64,000 nucleotides of DNA from NCBI GenBank assembly GCA_017513865.1, contig JAFWMN010000032.1:16678-80677 (forward strand). The letters run 5' to 3'. Of this stretch, positions 47,977 through 59,099 are shown one piece after another (positions within the stretch are counted from its first letter, which is position 1; each line of letters starts with the position of its first letter). Below the pieces are notes generated by a model that saw only the letters and a list, made by a program, of their open reading frames with translations, ran no database searches and was not told the origin of the DNA. The translations under genes were made by a program, and so were the position numbers. Source of the DNA: Bacilli bacterium. Its GTDB lineage: Bacteria; Bacillota_I; Bacilli_A; RF39; UBA660.

Positions 47977-48594
47977 ATGACAAGTAAAGTGATTGAATTA
48001 ATAAAAAATGGCAGTATTTTAATTCCTAAATTACTACTAACAAACTATAAAAAATTAGAGATAACTGATAAAGAATTAATATTAGTCGTCTATCTAATTA
48101 ATAATGACGAATTTGATCCCGAAAGAATATCTAATGATTTAGATTTAAAGATTCCTGATGTTTTAAAAATGATTGATAGTTTAACTAAAAAAGATATTTT
48201 AGAAATAAAAGCTACTACGAATAAAGTATATGAAGAAAAAGTAATTTTAGATGAACTTTATAACAAATTAGCTTTACTTATTATTAATAAAGAAGAAGTA
48301 AAAGAAACTACTATATATGATAAATTTGAAAAAGAATTTGCTAGAACATTAAGCCCTATGGAATATGAAATAATAGGGGCTTGGATTGATAATAATTATA
48401 GTGAAGAAATAATTGAAGAAGCCTTAAAAGAAGCAATTTATAATGGGGTAACCAGTTTAAAATATATTGATAAAATATTATCAGAATGGCAAAGAAAAGG
48501 TATTAAAAGTAAAAAAGATATAAACAAAAAACCAAAGGTAACAAAAGAGAAGAAAGAAGTATTTGATTATGACTGGCTCAACGAAAATGATTGA
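47977..48594 (+). CDS. dnaD: DnaD-domain replication initiation / membrane attachment protein
   Basis: C-terminal DnaD/DnaB_2 signature MEYEIIGAWIDNNYSEEIIEEALKEAIYNGVTSLKYIDKILSEWQRKGI. Adjacent to nth as in Bacillus. Confidence 0.65.
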   Translation: MTSKVIELIKNGSILIPKLLLTNYKKLEITDKELILVVYLINNDEFDPERISNDLDLKIPDVLKMIDSLTKKDILEIKATTNKVYEEKVILDELYNKLALLIINKEEVKETTIYDKFEKEFARTLSPMEYEIIGAWIDNNYSEEIIEEALKEAIYNGVTSLKYIDKILSEWQRKGIKSKKDINKKPKVTKEKKEVFDYDWLNEND

Positions 48595-49186
48595 AAATTA
48601 CTTAGATGAGTTATATCCAAATCCCCGATGTGAATTAAATTATATTAAAGATTATGAATTATTATTAGCCACTATGTTAAGTGCTCAAACAACCGATAAA
48701 AGAGTCAATATGGTAACCAAAACTTTATTTAAAAAATATCCTACTTTAAATGACTTAAGTCAAGCAAATATTAATGAAGTAATGAATATTATTAAACCAA
48801 TCGGAACTTTCAGAATAAAAGGAAATAACTTGATTGAAATAGCTAAAAGATTAATCAAAGATTATGATGGGAAACTACCAAATGATAGAAAATATTTAGA
48901 AACATTACCTGGGGTAGGGAGAAAAACCGCTAACGTTGTTTTAAGTAATATATTTAATGAACCATGTATCGCCGTTGATACCCATGTATCTAGAGTGAGT
49001 AAAAGATTAAATCTAGCTAAACCAAAAGATGATCCATTAATAATCGAAAAAAAACTAACTAAAAAATTTAAAAAAGAAGATTTATGTAAAAGACATCATC
49101 AAATGGTCTTATTTGGGAGATACTACTGTACAGCTAGAAATCCTAAATGTGAAACATGTAAATTAAAAGAAATATGCAACAATTAG
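48563..49186 (+). CDS. nth: Endonuclease III
   Basis: HhH-GPD motif LPGVGRKTANVVL...D and the 4Fe-4S cluster CTARNPKCETCKLKEIC. Confidence 0.85.
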   Translation: MIMTGSTKMIENYLDELYPNPRCELNYIKDYELLLATMLSAQTTDKRVNMVTKTLFKKYPTLNDLSQANINEVMNIIKPIGTFRIKGNNLIEIAKRLIKDYDGKLPNDRKYLETLPGVGRKTANVVLSNIFNEPCIAVDTHVSRVSKRLNLAKPKDDPLIIEKKLTKKFKKEDLCKRHHQMVLFGRYYCTARNPKCETCKLKEICNN

Positions 49187-49228
49187 TTGCATATTTTTCA
49201 TGTAAAAAAAGGAATAATAATTTATTCC

Positions 49229-52200
49229 TTAATTAACGTCGACTGTGACTTCTATCTTTCCAACATTTGTATCAGCATATTTAACATCATATGTTACCAA
49301 ATATCTTCCAGCATTATTAGACACATCATTTATTGTTGCTTTCTCGCCAGTTACTTTATTAATAATACTTCCTCTAGTAACCGTAGCTTCACTAGTAATA
49401 TCCTCACCACGTGCGGTTATTTTAACTTTATTGTGATTATAAGGCTTATCTTTAGGATTAAAGTCGTAGGCTTTACCAGCATTCCAACTTATTACATACA
49501 TATCAGGACTGATATGAACATCACTAGGAGAAATACCTTTATAATCTACTGATATTTCAGCACCAGAACTTGAAGCCCCTTTAAATACAGTATAAGAAGA
49601 CTTAACAACAAGTTTTGGTGAATTAATATTAGGAAGTTTAACTGTCGCACTATTTGATGTAGATGAACCAAGTAGATTTAAACTATCACCATTTTTAACA
49701 TATATATCATATACTACTTGACCAAGAACACTATTATTATATCCCATAATATAATTTAAAAGTGAGCTTTGATCTTTACTAGAAGAATAAGCTTTATTAA
49801 TGTGACCTTTCCAATAATCAGGATTAAGACCTTCAGGCATTCCAATTGCATTCCAAGTAAGAGTAGCATTATTTCCACTAACAGATGCCTTAAGACCAGT
49901 AACATTAGGTAAAGCGTTAAATCTAGATGATACTTCACTAGGCTTACTATCAGCTTTAAACACTTCTACAGTTTTAGCATCATCCGGTGTACTAGGACCA
50001 GGGAGTAATGCCTCACCACAGTTTCTTTCAACAGTAACTTCAACAACCCCTTCAGGTTTACTAAAATGTGAACCAGCTTTAAAGAAGTTTTTAGCTACAG
50101 CTTGGAATAATCTAGAATTTTGACCAGAACCAAATCTGTTATAGTGGGTACTTGAATTTATTTCATAACCATACCAAACAGCAATTGTATAATCTGGACT
50201 AATACCAGCCACCCATAAATCATTGATTGCATTACTTGGCAAATGTCTTATAGCCAAAGTTTTTTTATCAAAGTTAGTCGTACCAGTTTTAGCACCAAAT
50301 TCAGCCCCATTAATATTTTTATATTTTCCTAAGGCATTTTGTCCAGTATCGATCAACATATTAGTAACCATATAAGCCGTTTCTGGACTCATAACTTTTT
50401 CCTTTTTAATCTCATTTTCATAAGTTTTACCATCTTTATCAAATTCGATTTTTGTAAAACTATAAGGTTCTACATAGAAACCACCATTAGCGAAAGTTTC
50501 ATATGCACCAGCAACAGTCATAGGTGATTCACCATCATAACCACCAATTGCATGTGCCTCATGAATCTTACCACTACTTTCATCAACCTCTGGAGAAAGA
50601 CCAATACTTTGTACAAATTCCTTTATTTTTTCATTTTCAACATTTTGGAAAGTTTTTAAAGCTGGTATGTTTCGTGATTCAACTAAAGCCTGTCTAATTG
50701 TCATCATACCCTTATATCTTCCATCCCAGTTATTAATTTCTGTACCATTACTATAAGTGGTTTTTTCATCCAAAATTAATTGTGAAGGATTCCAGTTATT
50801 ATATTCAATAGCTGGACCATAGTCATACATTGGTTTAGCCGTTGAACCGATTTGTCTTTTAATTTGTGTGGCATTATTTCTACTCATGGCGCCTTCTTTG
50901 TTACGACCACCACCAATAGCGACAATAGCTCCGGTTTTAGTATCAAGAGCAATTACACCGGCTTCAACTTCATCGTTTTCCCAGCTATAGCTAGCCCCAC
51001 TCATAATATCAGAAATTGTATCTTGTTTTTCTTTGTCCATTGTTGTATATATTTTCATTGAATATGAATATGGATTATAACCAGTTTTTTCTTCAACTTC
51101 TCTAGCTACTGTATCAATGAAACCTTGATACTTAGAATTAGCTGTTGTTGATTTACGGCCTTTAATAACAATTTTATCAACTGTCATTTTTTTAGCAATC
51201 TCATGTTCTTTATTAGTGATATAACCATGACGTTTCATTAAAGAAAGAACTATTTTTCTACGAGCTTCGGTTTTTTCTGGATTTAAATTTGGATCATATA
51301 CAACTGGTGATTGGAATAAACCTGCAATCATTGCTGACTCCGAAACATTTAAATCTTTGGCATGCTTATTAAAATATGTTTGAGCAGCTTGTTCAACGCC
51401 ATAAGCTCCACTACCTAAATAATATGAATTAGCATAAAATTCTAATATTTGTTCCTTAGAATAATTTTTTTCAATTTGGAACATCGCAATATAAATATCG
51501 GTAAATTTACGTTTAATACCTTCAAATCCTCTAGCAATATTAGAAGTATATTGGTTTTTAGACACCTGCATTGTTAAAGTTGAAGCCCCACCTGCATGTT
51601 GACCTAAAACTTGACCAAATGAAGCTTTGATAAATCTTGGCAAGTCAAATCCATTATGTTCAAAGAATCTTGAATCTTCTGTTGCGATTATCGCATTAAC
51701 AAGTTCTTCAGACATTTGGTCATAAGCTATTTTCTGTCTCATCTCAGTACCTAGTTTTGCAAAAGTATCGCCCTTACTATCTAATAAAGTACTAGCCTCT
51801 TTAGAATACAGCTTATTAGGGTTAAATTTTCCAGCTGTTAAAGCGATAAATACACAGAAAACAACCCCTAAAATAATACATAATAAGAAGAACGATAAAA
51901 GACCTAAAAGAATTTTTTTCTTTAAACTCTTTTTCTTTTTAGTTTTTCTTTTTTTTGCCATATTGTCACTTCCTTTATCTGTATCTGAATCAGAAATAAC
52001 AAGCGGAGAATCTACTTTTTTACTTCTTCTAGAAGTTCTCGAATGTCTAATTTTATTTCTATTTTCCAATTTTTTGCGCCAACTAAAATAAGGAATCAGC
52101 CATACTAAATTTGCTAGTACAAAAGCTAAAAAACCTATAAAGAAATTAAAGATAATAGTTCCAATAATAAAAATTAATAAAGATAGACATAAAACAATTA

Positions 52201-52288
52201 AACGGAATTTATCTTTCATTAGAAAAACCTTTACATCTTTAAATTCTCTTAATAAAAATTCTTTAATATCTAATAATTTTTCTTTCAT
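49229..52288 (-). CDS. ponA: Class A penicillin-binding protein 1A (glycosyltransferase + transpeptidase) with a C-terminal Ig/Fn3-like extension
   Basis: GT51 motif EDSRFFEHNGFD. TP motifs STAKP, SRN and KTGT. N-terminal TM anchor. Confidence 0.9.
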   Translation of the reverse strand: MKEKLLDIKEFLLREFKDVKVFLMKDKFRLIVLCLSLLIFIIGTIIFNFFIGFLAFVLANLVWLIPYFSWRKKLENRNKIRHSRTSRRSKKVDSPLVISDSDTDKGSDNMAKKRKTKKKKSLKKKILLGLLSFFLLCIILGVVFCVFIALTAGKFNPNKLYSKEASTLLDSKGDTFAKLGTEMRQKIAYDQMSEELVNAIIATEDSRFFEHNGFDLPRFIKASFGQVLGQHAGGASTLTMQVSKNQYTSNIARGFEGIKRKFTDIYIAMFQIEKNYSKEQILEFYANSYYLGSGAYGVEQAAQTYFNKHAKDLNVSESAMIAGLFQSPVVYDPNLNPEKTEARRKIVLSLMKRHGYITNKEHEIAKKMTVDKIVIKGRKSTTANSKYQGFIDTVAREVEEKTGYNPYSYSMKIYTTMDKEKQDTISDIMSGASYSWENDEVEAGVIALDTKTGAIVAIGGGRNKEGAMSRNNATQIKRQIGSTAKPMYDYGPAIEYNNWNPSQLILDEKTTYSNGTEINNWDGRYKGMMTIRQALVESRNIPALKTFQNVENEKIKEFVQSIGLSPEVDESSGKIHEAHAIGGYDGESPMTVAGAYETFANGGFYVEPYSFTKIEFDKDGKTYENEIKKEKVMSPETAYMVTNMLIDTGQNALGKYKNINGAEFGAKTGTTNFDKKTLAIRHLPSNAINDLWVAGISPDYTIAVWYGYEINSSTHYNRFGSGQNSRLFQAVAKNFFKAGSHFSKPEGVVEVTVERNCGEALLPGPSTPDDAKTVEVFKADSKPSEVSSRFNALPNVTGLKASVSGNNATLTWNAIGMPEGLNPDYWKGHINKAYSSSKDQSSLLNYIMGYNNSVLGQVVYDIYVKNGDSLNLLGSSTSNSATVKLPNINSPKLVVKSSYTVFKGASSSGAEISVDYKGISPSDVHISPDMYVISWNAGKAYDFNPKDKPYNHNKVKITARGEDITSEATVTRGSIINKVTGEKATINDVSNNAGRYLVTYDVKYADTNVGKIEVTVDVN

Positions 52289-52842
52289 GGCATACCTCCA
52301 AAATACAAATTATCAATTACCTCGATATAATCGGTCCTTGGATTATATTTATCTTTAATTAAATATCCTTTATTTTCAAAATAAGTAAGAGGAATTGATT
52401 TACGATCATTATTATTAATAAATTCTTTTAAATCACCATGAGTTAAAAGAAACGTCTTATTTATTGTGGTAAACCTTACTATTAAAAAACCAATCCCACC
52501 GTGCTTACATATCATATCTAAATGCTTAAGCTGATGAACATGAATATTACTTAAAGGAAAAGACGTACGTGATTTAGTTTCTTTAGCTTCAAAATCAATA
52601 TACTTTCCTTTATATATCCCATTATAATCAGTAGTTGAAGGCGTTCTAAAGTAACCTTCTTTAATTACCGCTTCTAATCTTGAAGGATAATTAACTTTAG
52701 ATATGGTAATAGGCGTTGGTTTTTTATAAATAACCGCAATATCATTTACTAGATAAAAATGATTAGTAGCTTCCAAATCAGCTTCTAATGTCATTCCACG
52801 ATTCGCATATTTATAATTTTTCGCCCCTAATGATTTTATCAT
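52285..52842 (-). CDS. recU: Holliday junction resolvase RecU
   Basis: Typical RecU sequence. The ponA-recU adjacency is conserved. Confidence 0.85.
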   Translation of the reverse strand: MIKSLGAKNYKYANRGMTLEADLEATNHFYLVNDIAVIYKKPTPITISKVNYPSRLEAVIKEGYFRTPSTTDYNGIYKGKYIDFEAKETKSRTSFPLSNIHVHQLKHLDMICKHGGIGFLIVRFTTINKTFLLTHGDLKEFINNNDRKSIPLTYFENKGYLIKDKYNPRTDYIEVIDNLYFGGMP

Positions 52843-53126
52843 ATTTGATCGCCACTATAATTATACTATAAATAGAATAATTTTTGAAGTTTAAATTAAA
52901 AAAATACTAAATATATCTAGTATTGTCGAAAGAGCTGAAAATATAAGGTAAACGTGTTAGTATGAAAAAGAAAGAGAGGAAATATGGATATAAAAAAAAT
53001 AAATAAAATGTTTGAAAGTATGCTTTATGATATAGAATATATAAAGAAAATAACTTATTTAATAAAAAGAGAGTAGTTTTTAAAAAATAAAGGTGCTATA
53101 ATAAAAAAAGAATAAGGAGGGATACT

Positions 53127-54368
53127 TTGAATAGAAAACCTTTAGATTTAACCTCGTTACCAAATATAATTAAAGAAATGATTGAAGGTAATGCAAATGC
53201 TGCCTGCATCATTGATGAACTTATTAAGACTAAAGGAGAAAACAACACTCTGGCTATTTTAATAATTTTAGATGATATGAATATAAGAGGAAGCCAATTA
53301 TATAATTTATATAAAATGTGTGAACAAGACATAAATAATTTTTATGAAAAAGTTATAAATATGTCCGAAAAAGACACTGAAGAATTAAATTCTAATTCTT
53401 TTGCTATTACTAAATATAAAGCTATTTTTGAAGGTACAAGTAAAGATAGAGAAAATAATCCTGATAAATATATTTTCTCTGATGAAGAAAGAAATAATAT
53501 AAGAAATAAAAAAAGCAAAGATATGGCCCGTGATATCCTAGAAGAAAAACAAACGGATTTATATCCAAGTATTACCTCTAAAGAAGCCTTACAAATTATA
53601 AATAAAAAAGGGTTTACCTTAGGATATCAAAAAACATATGAAACAAATAATAAAAAAATAATATATAGAGTATTTTATAATGAATATGGCGACATCTTAT
53701 ATACTCATTCCTTAGAAAAACCAGATATATTTTTATGGGGAGAGTCTAAACTCCATATGTTAAGACATTATAATCATCAAAAATATGATAATATAAAATG
53801 CAATATATATAAAAACATAAGAGGTATTATCTCATACGTCATAGAACTAAAAGAAAAACCATTTAAAACTTATGAAGAAATATTAGAAAGAAAAGAAGAA
53901 AAAATAAAAGAATATAAACCAGAATATTATGATAGTAATATGCTACCAATAATTAAATCATTAGATTCATTAAAATATAAAGAAAAAAATAAAGATTATA
54001 ACAGCATTGTAATCGCCAGTATATATAATTTAATGGTATTTCCTGAAACATACTATGATTTAGATAAAAATTTAAAACAAATTTACAAAAAACTTTTAGA
54101 AAATTCTGAAGTTAAAGCCTATGATGAAATTATTTACCAGTTAAATGCGAATGATAGTATTGAAATAGCAAAAAAAATTCAAGATGTTTTAAGAATTAAT
54201 TTAGATAAAGAAAAACTTCTAAAAGCCAAAGCAAGATATCAAGAAAAAATTTATCAAAATACAAATGCTAAAAACAAGATTTTAAGTCATTTTATAGAAA
54301 ATCCCGAAGATATAAACTTAAAAACCAAAATAGATAAAATATCTAAAATAAAAGTAGAAATAAACTAA
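53127..54368 (+). CDS. Hypothetical protein (413 aa)
   Basis: ORF with an AGGAGGGA RBS. No motif recognised. Confidence 0.45.
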   Translation: MNRKPLDLTSLPNIIKEMIEGNANAACIIDELIKTKGENNTLAILIILDDMNIRGSQLYNLYKMCEQDINNFYEKVINMSEKDTEELNSNSFAITKYKAIFEGTSKDRENNPDKYIFSDEERNNIRNKKSKDMARDILEEKQTDLYPSITSKEALQIINKKGFTLGYQKTYETNNKKIIYRVFYNEYGDILYTHSLEKPDIFLWGESKLHMLRHYNHQKYDNIKCNIYKNIRGIISYVIELKEKPFKTYEEILERKEEKIKEYKPEYYDSNMLPIIKSLDSLKYKEKNKDYNSIVIASIYNLMVFPETYYDLDKNLKQIYKKLLENSEVKAYDEIIYQLNANDSIEIAKKIQDVLRINLDKEKLLKAKARYQEKIYQNTNAKNKILSHFIENPEDINLKTKIDKISKIKVEIN

Positions 54369-54464
54369 CCCCATTTTATAAAAAAATGAGGTTTTCTATT
54401 GTACATTTCCTTTACGTTCTATATACATTATAGTAATATTTTATATGGAAAAACATACTTCAAA

Positions 54465-55553
54465 TTAAGAAGTATGTTTTTCCATATAATAAGCATAATA
54501 CTCTTCTAAAGTTATATCATTTTCATAAATAATTTTAGAAACTTTTTTTCCAACATATCGATAGTGCCAAGACTCATATTTATAACCAGTAATATCTTCT
54601 TTACCTTTAGGAAACCTCAAAATAAAACCATATTTATAAGCATTTTCACTAAGCCACTTTGCTTCTTTAGTATTTGCAAAACTAGAATTTATTGTATTAA
54701 TGTCTGTGCATAGTCCTGTCTGATGTTCAGAATAGCCTGGTCTAGCTGAATAAATATCTGCTTTTTCTTTACCATCTCGTTGAACATAACTATTATATAA
54801 ATTAACCTGATAATTATAACTACGGTAAGCTGAAGCATTTTTTAAAATAATATTATCTAATAAAGCACCGTCAACCATTTCCATAAACTTATCAGCAGCC
54901 TCTTTTCGCATTTTATTATTGGCCCCGCTATTATACTTAGAAGAAAGAGCAACTAGATCTGTAGGTACATAATTATCAGACAAATGATTAAATTTATTAA
55001 CTAAAACTAAATTATCATCATTTAAATTAGAAGATTTAGTATCACTATAAAAAGTTTTATCCGCATTAGAATTAACAATAGCTACAATTTTTTTACTATT
55101 ATAATCATGACTATTACCATAATCTAAATACCTAGAAGTATTATCATAAATAAAATATTTTTCTTTAACTAAATCAGCAAGTAAAGAAGAAGCCGTATAC
55201 TTCATAAAATCATACCCAGAATTAACAATTGTAATAATGTCATTTATATCAGAATTACTATTTTTTTCATAATAATCAAAATATTTCTTAAAATTACTAT
55301 CTTTATAATCTTTTGATTTAATTAAATTAACTAAATCCTTATTATATTTTTTAATAAATTTATAATTTCTTTTTGGCACATTTTCCATTATAATTGAAAC
55401 TTCTTTAGAATTATATCCAAGATTGTTTAATCGTTTTTTAAAACTAGGTTTTACTTTATAGAAAAGGATAGAACATAGTAAAATAAAACCACAAACTATT
55501 AAAAAAACAAATAAATAAACCTTTTTTTTAAGTCTTCTTTTTTTCTTTCTCAT
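54465..55553 (-). CDS. Membrane-anchored D-alanyl-D-alanine carboxypeptidase, VanY/peptidase M15B family
   Basis: SEHQTGLCTDI and ESWHYRYVG zinc-binding motifs. N-terminal TM helix. Confidence 0.75.
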   Translation of the reverse strand: MRKKKRRLKKKVYLFVFLIVCGFILLCSILFYKVKPSFKKRLNNLGYNSKEVSIIMENVPKRNYKFIKKYNKDLVNLIKSKDYKDSNFKKYFDYYEKNSNSDINDIITIVNSGYDFMKYTASSLLADLVKEKYFIYDNTSRYLDYGNSHDYNSKKIVAIVNSNADKTFYSDTKSSNLNDDNLVLVNKFNHLSDNYVPTDLVALSSKYNSGANNKMRKEAADKFMEMVDGALLDNIILKNASAYRSYNYQVNLYNSYVQRDGKEKADIYSARPGYSEHQTGLCTDINTINSSFANTKEAKWLSENAYKYGFILRFPKGKEDITGYKYESWHYRYVGKKVSKIIYENDITLEEYYAYYMEKHTS

Positions 55554-55561
55554 TAAAATCC

Positions 55562-56521
55562 CTACTTATCTAAATAATATGCATAATATTCATCAAAGGT
55601 TAAACCACTATTGAAAACTTTAGTTGCCAAATCTTTACCTAAATAACGATAATGCCAAGCTTCATAATCATAGCCAGTTATACTTTCTTTATCTTTAGGA
55701 TATCTTAAAATAAAACCATATTTATAGGCATTTTTACTAAGCCATTTAAAAGCATCAGTTCCTTCAAAATTTTTCATACCAGCACCTGGCGTGAAAATAT
55801 CTAAAGCAAGACCTGTTTGATGTTCAGAAAAGTTTGGCCTAGCAGCAACACTATCCGCATATTTTTGCCCCTTTTTATCTTCATATTGTTCATAAATTCT
55901 CTTTTGTGAATTATAATCTCTATAAGAAGAATTAACTATTAAAGTAATACCATCTTCTTTAGCTTTTTTAGACATTTCTTTAAAAGCCTCGTAAACTTTT
56001 TCTTTTATACTATTATTTGGATAAGCATAAGAATTACTCATTGAAACAATATCTTTAGGTTCATATTTATCAGGCAAATAATAGTATTTATTAACTAAAA
56101 TACCGTATCCCTTATCCATATCAGTTTCTAAAGTATGAGTATAAAAATCATAATTAGTTTTCGTATTCACTTTGGCAATAACATCCTTATAATTAATACT
56201 ATTACTTTTATATGTTTTTTTAATATAAGCAAGATAATCATCATATTTTGACCATATTAAATACTTTTGCTTAGTAAGTGGTATTAAAAATCTATCATAT
56301 TTTTTTAAAGCATAATCAATATATTTTTTATCGAGTTTTACGATATAAGCAATTTCCGCATCATCATAGCCAATTTTACCAAGCTTATATTCATAACTAG
56401 TATAATGTTTAAATAAAGCAAAAATTAACAGAAGAGCTAAAAAACAGAATAAAATAATCCCCAATAAAATAAATGGCTCTTTTTTTAATTTTCTTTTTTT
56501 CATAAAACTCACCACCTCCAT
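55562..56521 (-). CDS. Membrane-anchored D,D-carboxypeptidase, VanY/M15B family (tandem paralog)
   Basis: SEHQTGLALDI and EAWHYRYLG motifs. Confidence 0.75.
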   Translation of the reverse strand: MEVVSFMKKRKLKKEPFILLGIILFCFLALLLIFALFKHYTSYEYKLGKIGYDDAEIAYIVKLDKKYIDYALKKYDRFLIPLTKQKYLIWSKYDDYLAYIKKTYKSNSINYKDVIAKVNTKTNYDFYTHTLETDMDKGYGILVNKYYYLPDKYEPKDIVSMSNSYAYPNNSIKEKVYEAFKEMSKKAKEDGITLIVNSSYRDYNSQKRIYEQYEDKKGQKYADSVAARPNFSEHQTGLALDIFTPGAGMKNFEGTDAFKWLSKNAYKYGFILRYPKDKESITGYDYEAWHYRYLGKDLATKVFNSGLTFDEYYAYYLDK

Positions 56522-56618
56522 TATAGCACATTTACCTTATATAATAATGAAAATATCGTTTATTTCTTGACGAAAATACAAAAAATAATTATAATTTTAA
56601 AAAAAGAAAGGAATATAT

Positions 56619-57179
56619 ATGAAAGAAGACGACTATGAAAATATAGATATATATGATTATTTAGCTTACTGTAATAATAAAAGATTAATTAGACTATCAG
56701 GATTAATAACCAAAAAACAAGTAATAAATCTTATTCCAAAAGATAATACAGGTTTATCACCGATTCATATTGATATTATAGAAGAAATATTAAAGAAAAC
56801 GATTCCTAAACGAAGAAGAGCAAATTGGCAAGACGCATCTGAGGAAATTGTTATATTTTCAAACGGGTATGATTTTGTCATTGAACTTCCAAACAAAATA
56901 TCAGTAGAACAATATAATGCATTACTAAATCTTATCTATGAAATAAAAAGATATGAAAAAGATTATAATCAAAAAATTGATTTATCATTTGAACCAGAAA
57001 ACTTAATAAAAGAAGCCGAAAGTAAAATATCATATGATATTAGCCCCAACTCAAATGAAATAATTGTTGGAAGGCCACATAATAATCTTGAGGAAAAGTC
57101 AAAACAAAAAGGATTAAAAGAAGAGTTCGAAAACGGCATAAAACGTTTTAAAAGATTAATAAAAGTTAGAAAAAAATAA
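56619..57179 (+). CDS. Hypothetical protein (186 aa)
   Basis: ORF only. Confidence 0.4.
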   Translation: MKEDDYENIDIYDYLAYCNNKRLIRLSGLITKKQVINLIPKDNTGLSPIHIDIIEEILKKTIPKRRRANWQDASEEIVIFSNGYDFVIELPNKISVEQYNALLNLIYEIKRYEKDYNQKIDLSFEPENLIKEAESKISYDISPNSNEIIVGRPHNNLEEKSKQKGLKEEFENGIKRFKRLIKVRKK

Positions 57180-57243
57180 ATAAAACTATACAAAATTAAA
57201 AATAAATGATATAATTTTGTTGTAGGTAATAGAGGGTGGTCGT

Positions 57244-57678
57244 TTGAAATATTTAGGCTTAGATTTAGGCACTCGTTCACTTGGCATATCCATATCAGAC
57301 TTAACAAAAACTGTTGCTACACCATATGAAGTAGTACATTTTGAAGAAAAAGATTATGGAAAGGCAATTGAAAAACTAGCCACTATTATTGAAAAAGAAC
57401 CTATTGAAAAATTCATATTAGGCTATCCAAAAAATATGAATGGATCAGAGGGCCCTAGAGCTAAAGAAACTTTAGAATTCAAAAAACTTTTAGAAGAAAA
57501 TTTCAAATTAGAAGTTATTCTTCAAGACGAAAGATTATCGACTAAAGAAGCTTCAGGGTATATGATAAAAGCAGACATGTCTAGAAAAAAAAGAAAACAA
57601 AAAATAGACAGTTTGGCTGCTAATATTATTTTACAGACATATTTGGATAAAAGAAAGGGTGGAAAATATGGAAAATAA
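57244..57678 (+). CDS. ruvX: RuvX/YqgF pre-16S rRNA nuclease (Holliday junction resolvase-like)
   Basis: LGLDLGTRSLGISISD N-terminus. Confidence 0.85.
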   Translation: MKYLGLDLGTRSLGISISDLTKTVATPYEVVHFEEKDYGKAIEKLATIIEKEPIEKFILGYPKNMNGSEGPRAKETLEFKKLLEENFKLEVILQDERLSTKEASGYMIKADMSRKKRKQKIDSLAANIILQTYLDKRKGGKYGK

Positions 57679-57994
57679 TGAAGTTGTAAAATTTAAAGCA
57701 ATTGACGATGAAGGAAGACAATTAGACTGTGAAGCACTATTCTTATTTGAATCACCAGAGACAAAAAAACACTATATAGTTTATACAGATCATTCGATTG
57801 ATGATGAAGGAAACACAAAAGTATATGCTTCAATTTATAATCCTGATGATTTAAAACAAGATGAAAATAATGAGTTTGCCGCACTACCACTTCAACCAAT
57901 TGAAACTGATAAAGAATGGAAAATAATTGAAACAATTTTAAATGAGATGCAAGCTCAAATTGAATCAGCTAGTAGTCCTGCTGAGAATGCTTAA
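57659..57994 (+). CDS. DUF1292 (YrzB-like) protein
   Basis: Acidic about 110-aa protein, conserved downstream of ruvX. Confidence 0.6.
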   Translation: MENMENNEVVKFKAIDDEGRQLDCEALFLFESPETKKHYIVYTDHSIDDEGNTKVYASIYNPDDLKQDENNEFAALPLQPIETDKEWKIIETILNEMQAQIESASSPAENA

Positions 57995-58013
57995 TTTAGA
58001 GTAGGTCTTTACT

Positions 58014-59099
58014 TTGAAAACAGTTAGAAGATTTTCATGGAGTAAGTTCTTACTCTTTTTACTATTTCTAATAATATTTAATATAATAATCGCAATAGGT
58101 GTATACATATTTGAAACAGCCCCTGTAAGCAGCAAAAAAACACCTAAAATGATCACAATTGAAAAAGGTGAAAATTATTATTTAATAGCTGATAAATTAA
58201 AAAAGAATAATTTAATAAAATCAAAAACATTTTATAAAATATATTTAAAAATAAATTCACCAAAATCATTAACCGCCGGTGATTATGAATTAAATGAATC
58301 AATGAGCGTAAGCGAAATAGTAAAAACCTTAAGTGATGAAGATAATCAAAAAATTGACACTATAAAAATAACTTTTAGAGAAGGACTAAATATTAGACAA
58401 ATCGCAAAAATTGTCGAAGAAAAAACAGAAATTAAAGCTGATGAATTCATACGAACTGTAACAGATAAAGAATTCTTAAAATCCATTCAAAGTGATTATT
58501 GGTTTTTAACTGATAGTATTTATAATGAACAAATTTTTTATCCATTAGAAGGGTATTTATTTCCAGATACTTATATTTTTGATAAAAAAACCTTAACCGC
58601 TAAAAGCATCGTTAAAAAAATGTTAGAAAACACTGGTACTAAACTAAAAAAATATGAAGAAAAACTAGCCCAAAATCAAACATACAGTATTCATAATATT
58701 TTTACTATGGCGTCATTAATAGAACAAGAAGGCGTTACAGCTGAAGATAGAGCTCTAGTAGCCAGCGTATTTTACAATAGACTTAAAATAAATATGTCAT
58801 TAGGAAGTGATGTCACTACTTATTATTCAGCCGGGAAATCATTAAACGAATCATTAACTAAAGCTGAATTAGATGACTGTAATGGTTATAATACTAGATG
58901 TGTAACTATGAAGGGTCTCCCTGTTGGACCAATATCAAATTTTGGCTTAACCTCTTTAGAAGCTGCTTTAAATCCAACACCTAGTGATTACTATTATTTT
59001 GTTGCCGACACCAGTAAAAAAGTATACTTCACTAAAAATATAAATGAACACAATCAAACAATTGCTAAACTAAAAAAAGAGGGAAAATGGGCCGCTTAG
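58014..59099 (+). CDS. mltG: Endolytic murein transglycosylase MltG (YceG)
   Basis: N-terminal TM helix and the YceG-like domain (...FYPLEGYLFPDTY...). Confidence 0.85.
   Translation: MKTVRRFSWSKFLLFLLFLIIFNIIIAIGVYIFETAPVSSKKTPKMITIEKGENYYLIADKLKKNNLIKSKTFYKIYLKINSPKSLTAGDYELNESMSVSEIVKTLSDEDNQKIDTIKITFREGLNIRQIAKIVEEKTEIKADEFIRTVTDKEFLKSIQSDYWFLTDSIYNEQIFYPLEGYLFPDTYIFDKKTLTAKSIVKKMLENTGTKLKKYEEKLAQNQTYSIHNIFTMASLIEQEGVTAEDRALVASVFYNRLKINMSLGSDVTTYYSAGKSLNESLTKAELDDCNGYNTRCVTMKGLPVGPISNFGLTSLEAALNPTPSDYYYFVADTSKKVYFTKNINEHNQTIAKLKKEGKWAA

Noticed and set aside
49187-51061. Plus-strand ORFs (49187..49552, 49245..49436, 50339..50527, 50852..51061) inside ponA
   Set aside because: They are antisense to a well-supported 1019-aa PBP1A gene, have a low-complexity composition and lack RBSs.
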